A DNA stretch of 64,000 nucleotides. Source: Eledone cirrhosa (lineage: Eukaryota). The translations under genes and the position numbers were made by a program. The stretch lies in assembly GCA_964016885.1 (NCBI GenBank), contig OZ024741.1, positions 400,334,001 through 400,398,000 of the forward strand, in the 5' to 3' direction. Below the pieces are notes generated by a model. That model saw nothing but the letters and a program-made list of their open reading frames with translations, was not told where the DNA came from and did not search any database. Positions 38,562-64,000 of this stretch are shown in pieces; within the stretch, counting starts at the first letter, position 1; every line of letters starts with the position of its first letter.

Positions 38562-38825
38562 CAGAGTTGCTGAAGCATGGAACAAACTACCTGCATCAGT
38601 TATTAGCTATCGAGACACTGCATTCTTTAAAACCTCCATGCTTCCTGAGATTCGCCAACACTACACCTAATATTCCCCCTCCATACACACGCACACATGT
38701 ATATCATGACTCATGCACTGTTCACTTCCCTGACATTTGTATATTATTCTATGTATATACATGCACCTTTGATGAGTTGTAGTGCACCTGAGCACTGTAC
38801 ACCATAATTTTATTATTATTATTAT
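38562..38825 (+). mobile_element. CR1-clade LINE 3' end, inverted relative to 37870-38320
   Basis: RVAEAWNKLPASVISYRDTAFFKTSMLPEI, with the same 3'UTR and an (ATT)n tail. Confidence 0.85.
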
Positions 38826-39138
38826 TTACCACATTGGCTGTCATTTCCCATGTTTTGCTACCAAGCCAATGTAGGACCATAATATCACCAGCTTGATTCC
38901 CGGACAGGTTGTTGCATTGTGTTCTTGGGCAAAACACTTTATTTCACGTTGTCCCAGTATACTCAGCTGAGAGTGAGTGCCACCAGCATTGAGTGTTTTG
39001 AATGGCGAACTGACTTTAACCATTGTTACACACCTAACTAACATATATATAAATATATACATGTATATATATAATGAAGGAAGTGTGGTAAGGAACCAGA
39101 TGGACCATAACGCACCAGAGTACTCAATACTTAGGGTA

Positions 39139-39277
39139 ATAGGAAAAGAGTCAGGACCCGACGGCTGAGCTCCAGCCGTTTCAACAGCTAGATCTGAACT
39201 AACCCAGTAGGGTTAGTTCAGATCATGCTGTTTAAACGGCCGGAGCTCAGCCATCTGGGTTCTGACTCATTTCCTAT
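39139..39277. repeat. 139-bp imperfect palindrome
   Basis: ataggaaa..gagtcag..ggctgagctcc..gatctgaactaaccc-agta-gggttagttcagatc..ggagctcagcc..ctgactc..tttcctat. Confidence 0.85.
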
Positions 39278-39289
39278 GTGTATATATAT

Positions 39290-40172
39290 ATCATCATCAT
39301 CATCGTTTAACGTCCGTGTTCCACGCTTGCATGGGTTTGGACGGGAGTTTTCCCACTTGAGACAAGAGTGATTGTCTTGCTCGCATAGGACTGTCTGGTG
39401 GGTTTTCTACAGCAGGATGCCCTTCCTAACACCAACCACATTTACAGTGTGGGGCTGGGAGGTTTTTACCGTGTTGCCTACACGGCCACATTACAGCGTG
39501 GACTGTGTGTTTTTTTGTCGTGACACCTACACGACCTCATTTGTTTCGGCCTGATATATATATATATATATATATATCATCACCATCCTCATCATTTTAC
39601 GTCCGCTTTGCCCTGCTTGCAAGGGTGATATGGGTCCTCTTCAACACAGCATCTCTACACTTGTCACGGTCCTTCGTCATCTCCTCTGTGAGCTTCAGCA
39701 ATCTGAGGTCAGCTCTCACCACCTCTACCCATGTTTTTCGTGGTCTTCCTCTACTGCGTCTTTCTTCCACTGGGATTTCTGAGCACTTCTTTACCCAGCG
39801 GTCATCCTCCACGCGCATCACATTGCCATACCAACGCAGTCTTCTTTCCTGCACACTACAGTTAATCCATCTTATACACTGTTTCAATCTTAACTCATCT
39901 ATGCTTGGTCATTCATGCACATTGACATTGCAAATCCATCGGAGCATGCTTACTTCATTTCTCTCAGTTGTCGCATATCCTCCGCAGTTGCTGCCCATAT
40001 CTCACTACCATGCAGCATCGCGCATCTCACACAGGCATCATATAACCGACCTTTCATTCATAGGGAAAAATCCTTCATTGTCAACAGAGGAAATAGCTCC
40101 CTAAACTTCTTCTATCCTGTCCTTATTCTAGATACTATGGCCTCGGAGCATCCTCTTCCCTTGCTAATCTGA
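39290..40172 (-). mobile_element. Two RTE 3' fragments (tail 39290-39552; ORF end 39580-40172)
   Basis: ORF 39597..39887 VQERRLRWYGNV...GRPRKTW, plus the standard tail. Confidence 0.85.
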
Positions 40173-40750
40173 TATATATATATATATTTTCTTTGTTATT
40201 TACACTTTCTAAATACACTTATGTGGATCTTTACATACTTATACTATTATAAACAGTTCCTAATCTTGCTAAAATATACATACAGCCCTATAGAACCGAC
40301 TAAACAGATAGCTGTGACACCATACTAGAGTTAAGGTTGATTTTAGGCCGCTTCAACGACATTTAGCTGTTCCAACAGCTTCCATACGCCGAGTTGTCCC
40401 ATTTCCTGAGAATATATATATACATAATTTTACAAAGGTTAACCTGTGGCGTGTTTATGTTGTCTCCCTTTATGTCTCATAACATATCAGTTTGATATAG
40501 AGTTCAATAAAATAAACAGGTGACTAGAATAAGCACTGGGGTTGATATGGTTGACTAAACTCTTGAAAGTAGTGCCCCAGATTGACAATGATGACAGACC
40601 AATGGATGAAACCACCAAAAGATTGCAAGACTATCAAATAACTGGATAATATAAATGTAACTGTTTTGTTAAGAACTATGCCAAGAATTTCATCTTATAA
40701 CATTTTAATTTTTCATTGAAGAAATCTCTCTTTGTATATATGTATGTAAG

Positions 40751-40783
<33 letters not shown>

Positions 40784-42543
40784 ATGTGTTTGCGAGCAGG
40801 GAAATCGGATTTTAAAACAATGATGATATATATATATATATATATGTACACATGTATATATATACACATGTATATATGTACACATGTATATATGTACACA
40901 TGTATATATGTACATAGTTTAACTTATGTCAAAATCTCCATATATATATATATATATGTGTTTTGTAGAACAACTCAAGTATATTTACATATTCAACATT
41001 GACAGAGTGAAAACACATGTGACTATTGTCAAACAATAAGATTGTTTCAGAAGTTTATGTACTTGAAATGTTAAACCATTGTGTACTCAGAGTTATTTAT
41101 TTGGTCGGTAGCAGCTGCTTCCAATTGACAAATTCAGCATCTTATGTTATGGTTACAAGTAGCAGCTGATTTATGATGGCATTATATTAGTGGATTCTGC
41201 CAATCCACTTATATAATTGTTTCTACTTTTGGCACAAGGCTATCAATTATCCCAGTGTATTACTGGTACTTTATTTTATCGACCCAGTAAGGATGAAAGG
41301 CAAAGTTAACCTCGGTGGAATTTGAACTTATGGTCTGAGTTCAAATCCCGCTGAGGTTAACTTTACCTTTCACCCTTACAGGGTCGATAAAATAAAGTAC
41401 CAGTAATGCACTGGAGTAGATTTAATCAACTTTCCCTTTCCCCCAAAATGATGGCCTTGTGCCTAAATCAAAAATCATTATATCAGTGAATTGGCAATAT
41501 CAGTAGAGTTCTGGACACCATGCGTTGTAGAATATAGTTATATCTCTTTATGTTCTGGGTTCTAATCCCACTGTTTTTTTATGAAGATGATGATGATGAT
41601 GTTGGAGGTGATTGTTTTGATGATAATGCTGTTGATAATGATGTTGATGGTGTTGGAGGTGGTGATAATAATAGTTTCATTTATTGGCCACAAGGGCCGA
41701 ACAATAATAATTGTTTCCACTTTTGGCACCAGGCCAGCAATTATCCCAGTGCATTACTGGTACTTTATTTTATTGACCCCGTAAGGATGAAAGTCAAAGT
41801 TAACCTCTGCAGGATTTGAACTCAGATCATAAAGGGAGGTAACTCTATGCTTCAAAGCATGGCGCCCGACCCTCTACCGATACTGCCAATCCCCCGAACA
41901 ATAATAATGATGATGATAATGATGAATGTAAACAACAGTTGTAATATTCTATATGTAGTAATCATATCCTTGGAGTTTCCAAGTCACTGAAGTGAAACAG
42001 CTATTAACTAAATATAGTAACATTAATTCTATAATAAATAACTTACTGCTGGGCAACGAAACACGACAAAGTATGATTACAGAATAGATATAATGGCTAT
42101 ATACAGGGTAAGCCATAATTAGCTTACTTAGATTGACTGCAATTAGCTCACTGATTACAAAGAAACATAATAATGTGTTTAAAAACAGGCAGCATTTCAA
42201 ATATTTAATGTAATTAATTATAAAGATTTACATAAATTTCTTCTGTATTAACTTTAGAATGTAGTTTAATATTATTATTTATATATATGGTTGTTTTCCA
42301 GGACATATTTGTGTGTGATCATACGACTTCTACTTCTTATTATTAAATTCAAACTTTGGACATATTCACCAATGTAAGGTTGTGACAACATTGTCATGTA
42401 CCTAGTTTTTATAATGGTTTAAATTCCATCTTTTTACACTTTCACCAATGTGAGATTGTTGTTCCTTTGTTGTGAACCCAGTTCTAAAATTTTTGATGTG
42501 TTCATATCATTTTTACTTATTCTTCTTAAATTCAAACTTTATA

Positions 42544-59153
<16,610 letters not shown>

Positions 59154-62100
59154 CTAACAACTCAACATCCCTCCCGCCCGCCCCCACGCACCACCATTAT
59201 TATTACGTGGACCAATAATAAGTCAGAGGTCTATACTATCGCTTACCTGGTTGCCTTTCGATATGATGGATGGACTACGGAATCCTGGAGAGTTGAAGAG
59301 AGAGAAATCTGGACGCTCAGCGACAATGCCAAAGATAAAGACAAATTCACCTCGTGGACGAGAATGCGAGCACTCCTCCCCTTTGTTTCGGCCGCGGATG
59401 GCTAACATAACCCCCCCCCCCACGTCCCACCGCTCCCACCCTCCAAACGCAATCCAAAACTTCAGAGTTGGTACCATGAATGTAGGCACCTTAAAGGGTC
59501 GCTCTAACGAGGTTGTAGAAATGCCTGAACATAAGGAGGTCGATGTTTGTTGTATTCAAGAGACCAGGTGGATGCTATAAGCTTTTCTGGGTGGGAAATG
59601 ACAATGGGCTGGGTGGAGTAGGAATCATGGTAGCAGAAAAGTGGGCAGATAAGATAATAGACATAAATAGAGTGAACGACAGAATAATTAAAATAAGACT
59701 TGTCCACAATAGAACTACGGTGACAGTAATATCTGCGTACGCACCCCAATCCGGACTGCTCGGCACTATAAAAGACAGATTCTATGAGACACTGATGCTC
59801 ACTACTTCCCAAATAACCGACAGTGACTATATAATTATTGCAGGCGACCTAAATGGTCACGTTGGACAACATTGTGACGGCTACGACGAAATCCATGGAG
59901 GCTATGGGTTTGGTACTAGAAATGAGGAAGGCTCCAGAATCCTGGAATTCTGTGACGCAAATAACCTAACCATCTGTAACACTAACTTCAAAAAACAAGA
60001 CAATTACCTGATCACCTATAGATCGGGGGAACATACCAGCCAGGTAGATTATATCCTTACCAGAAGACGTGACAGAGTGTCTGTTGTAAACACTAAATCC
60101 CTCCCCCATGAAGAATGCACCTCCCAACATAGACTGATAATTAGCAACCTAATAGTCAGGACGAGACGTACTAGACAGCAGAAGAGGACTATCCTCAGGA
60201 GAAAAATATGGAAGTTAAAGGACCCTACAGCCAGAAATAAATTTCAAAGCATACTACTTGATGCTTTCGACAGTAAGGAAGAGCAATTAGAGTCGTACAA
60301 TATAGAGGAACAGTTGGAATTCCTGAAAGCAAACCTGCTGATGGCGGCAGACGAAGTCTGTGGCTCGAGCAGGCCTGTAGGCAGGAGAAGAGTAACATGG
60401 TGGTGGAACAGTAAGGTGGAGGGGTCAATTAAGGCCAAAAAGCAGGCTTGGAAAGTATGGCGGGATGGGGGAAGTAGAGAAGACTATCAAGTGGCCAGGA
60501 GGTAAGAAAGTTCAAGCATGTTCTACAACGCGAGGACCAAAAACATGAGGTGTTCAGGATTGCTAGGCAATGTGTCAAGGAAAACCATGATATTATCGGG
60601 GAGAAGTGTGTACTTAATGATGATGGCGTACTTGCCATCACCGACGCTGATAAGAAGGTAGCTTGGAAGTGTCACTACGAAAGGCTACTAAATGAGTAGA
60701 ATAAATGGGAGAAAGACAGTCTCCCCCACATCGACCCAATAGAGGGACCAGCAGTGTTAGTCGAGGGTAGTATAATAAGTAAGGCAATCAAAGATATGAA
60801 GACGGGTAAGGCGGCTGGGCATTCGGAAATAGTTGCTGAGATGCTGAAGGCATCTGGAACGGTGGGACACACCATGGTCACCCGTTAGTAAACCAAGTCG
60901 TACAGAATGGGTTGTTCCGAAGGACTGGCATAGCAGCATCATCATTAACTGTTATAAGGGTAAAGGAGATGCCCTAGATAGGAGTAACTATAGAGGTATT
61001 AAATTAATCGACCAGGTCATGAAGGTCACGGAAAAAGTAATAGCGCAACTAATCAGAAAGAGAATTGATCTAGATGAAATGCAGTTCGGGTTTGTGTCAG
61101 ACAAAAGTACCACAGACGCTCTTTTCATTGTACGACAACTACAGGAGAAGTACTTAGCTAAAAGAAAACCCCTATACTTAGCTATTGTCGACTTGGAGAA
61201 AGCCTTCGACAGAGTCCCCCGTTCCATTATCTGGTGGGCTCTTAGAACACTAGGTGTTGACGAATGGCTTGTGAGAGCTATACAAGCCATGTATAAAGAA
61301 ACAGTCAGCAAGGTTAGAATTAACAACGAATATAGTGAAGAGTTTAGCATAAAAATTGGTGTCCATCAGGGCTCTGTTCTTAGTCCCCTACTATTTATTA
61401 TTGCCCTTCAGGCTATAACAGAGGAGTTCAAGACTGGCTGCCCATGGGAACTCCTATACGCAGATGATCTAACGCTCATAGCTGAATCAATGGCCGAGCT
61501 AGAGAAGAAATTCCAAACATGGAAGCATGGCCTAGAATCAAAAGGCCTTAAAATTAACCTGGCTAAGACTAAAGTTCTAGTTTGTAAGAAAGAAAATAAG
61601 GCGGCGGTCCCTTCCGGGAAGTGGCCATGCTCAGTGTGTAGGAAAGGCGTAGGTAGAAACTCCATTTTATGTCCCAAATACAAAGTATGGGTGCATAAAA
61701 GATGTAGTGGGATCACAGGTAAGCTAACTAAGAACATAGATTTTACATGTGGCCGGTGCTCTGGTGCAATAAGTAGCAGCAAGTGCCCACAAAATACTAG
61801 CTCTTTCAATTGCGCAGAGGGTTCTATAGAAATAGTGGACAGCTTTCGTTACCTGGGTGACAAAATCAGCAGTGGGGGAGGGTGCTCTGAAAGTACAGTA
61901 GCTAGAGTCAGAACTGGATGGAAAAAGTTCAGAGAGCTTATACCACTATTAGCCGCTAAAGGGTTCTCCCTAAAAATGAAAGGCAGGTTGTATGATGCCT
62001 GCATACGAACAGCAATGTTGCATGGCAGTGAGACCTTGGCATTGTGTGCAGAGGATATACGCAGACTAGAGAGGAACGAAGCTTGCATGCTCTGCTGGAT

Positions 62101-62821
62101 GTGTAATAGTAATATACGTGAACGGCAAAGCATAAACGAACTAAGGAAAAAATTAGAAATAAGAGGGATCAGATGTTGTTTACTCGAGAGAAGGCTATGT
62201 TGGTATGGTCACGTGATGCGCATGAAAGACGACAGCTGTATAACAAAGTGCAGGGCAATAAAGATAGACGGTAGCCACGGAGTAGGCAGACCCAGAAAAA
62301 CCTGGGACGAGCTGATAAATTCCGACCTCACACACTTACACCTCTCCAAGACAATGTCACTGGACCGAGACCTTTGGCGGTACTCAGTAATAGAGAAGAC
62401 CCACCTTACCTAAATACAAAGTAAAACCTACTACAGTCAGTAGGCATCTCTAACAAAATTCTCCCCCGTCCCACCACCCCCACCCCATCCACACCGCCCC
62501 TTCAATGTAAAGTTATGTTGGTGCCACAACATCCAGGCCGAAACAAATGAGGTCGTGTAGGTGTCACGACAAAAAAACACACAGTCCACGCTGTAATGTG
62601 GCTGTGTAGGCAACACGGTAAAAACCTCCCAGTCCCACACTGTAAATGTGGTTGGTGTTAGGAAGGGCATCCAGCTGTAGAAAACCCGCCAGACAGTCCT
62701 ATGCGAGCAAGACAACCACTCTTGCCTCAAGTGGGAAAACTCCCGTCCAAACCCATGCAAGCGTGGAACATGGACGTTAAACGATGATGATGATGATGAC
62801 GATGATGTATATACATATATA

Positions 62822-62896
<75 letters not shown>

Positions 62897-62901
<5 letters not shown>

Positions 62902-63370
62902 CAAGATGTATAAACTTGTTGTAATGTCATAATAGTTCGTTTGTTCTTTTTCATTTATATTTCTGCTCTGCTTATACGCATAGAGCTTAACTAGAAAAGG
63001 TACTTCTACGAGGTCCCAAGTCCTTTACTTTTAATGCGTAAATTATAAATTATCTAATGTTTAACCTTCTATCCCTGACTCTTAGGCCCTCTTCAAATTC
63101 TCTTAACCCCCCCATAACCCATCCCTTTTACAACTCCGACAACTAATATAAAAGAGCCCCCTTAGAATATAGACCCCAAATATACAAGCGGAGCTGCTGA
63201 TGTTTACCACAATTTCAAACTGCTAATCTTGAGTGAAACGTTGATGTAAATAATGAACTTACAATCACATGTTATATGCCTTGAAAAGTCCCACCATGTG
63301 GTCGGACGAAACAGCTGTCGGCAATAAACTTGTTATAATGTCATAATAGTTCCTTTGTTCTTTTTCATTA
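62897..63370 (+). mobile_element. Penelope-like element remnant (pLTR) between (TA)n tracts
   Basis: Direct repeat taaacttgtt.taatgtcataatagttc.tttgttctttttcatt at about 62910 and 63325, enclosing a hammerhead motif followed by AATAAA. Confidence 0.6.
63277..63323 (+). ncRNA. Minimal type I hammerhead ribozyme, U3-A8 core variant
   Basis: tgcc-TTGAAAA-gtcc(caccatgtggtc)ggac-GAAAC-agct-GTC-ggca. Confidence 0.72.
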
Positions 63371-63375
63371 ATAAT

Positions 63376-63408
63376 AATATATATATATACATATATGTAT
63401 ATACATAT

Positions 63409-63496
<88 letters not shown>

Positions 63497-63642
63497 TGTA
63501 TATACATATATAGTATATATATATATGTATATATATATGTATATATACATATATGTATATATATATATAGTATATATATATATGTATATACATATATGTA
63601 TATATATATATATATATATACATATATGTATATACATATATA
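63376..63642. repeat. Long compound (TA)n microsatellite
   Basis: Direct reading; many other (TA)n, (CT)n, (GT)n and (GAT)n tracts occur throughout the window. Confidence 0.95.
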
Positions 63643-64000
63643 GTAACTTTGAAATGTAACTTTGAAATGTTTTGGCCAGTATTGGCCCAGGCCATGTCTA
63701 ATTTAATAGCACCACCTAGTGAAGTCTTTCAATTCAGGATTTGGGCACCATGGCCCATTCGAGAAGAGAATTACTGTTTGCGGAGACATATCCGGGTGTG
63801 GGTGGTTTGTCCGGGATTACTTGGAGGAATTTGTCCAAAGACTTCTTGAATTTCGTGTGGTCAGTTTCTGTTTTGACGTGTCCTGGTGTGATGTTGAAGA
63901 GAGCAGGGCCAATTGAGGTGAAATAATTGTGCCATATTGTTGTTATGAGTTGCGATTTAGATTTTTGTTTGGGACGGATAGCACGGGGCCCAAGTGTTGA
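63643..64000 (-). mobile_element. CR1-like LINE 3' end, continuing beyond the window
   Basis: Minus-strand translation ...YFTSIGPALFNITP...FKKSLDKFLQVIPDKPPTPGY...NSLLEW*, with a tail of repeated catttcaaagtta. Confidence 0.75.

Overview
Eukaryotic, AT-rich, repeat-dense animal genomic DNA. The SINE/LINE/microsatellite landscape looks cephalopod (Octopus-like); this is an inference, not a database result. The only host gene is the meiotic MutS homolog MSH4 on the + strand. Thirteen GT-AG exons between 267 and 37544, including two 13-nt microexons, splice in one continuous frame (1434 nt, about 478 codons). The start codon lies upstream of the window and I could not find the ATPase-domain exons before 64000. 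The introns are packed with RTE-clade LINE pieces, CRE/R4-type RLE retrotransposon fragments, CR1 3' ends, tRNA-derived SINEs, MITEs, long palindromes and Penelope-type hammerhead ribozyme motifs. The last intron (>26 kb) holds a 4-copy tandem array of about 4.15 kb (42544-59153) that runs into a near-full-length but disabled RTE LINE (59037-62807). A 12-copy 96-bp array built from a LINE 3' end sits just after the second microexon. There are no prokaryotic features or CRISPR. Repeat boundaries are approximate; exon boundaries were read base by base.
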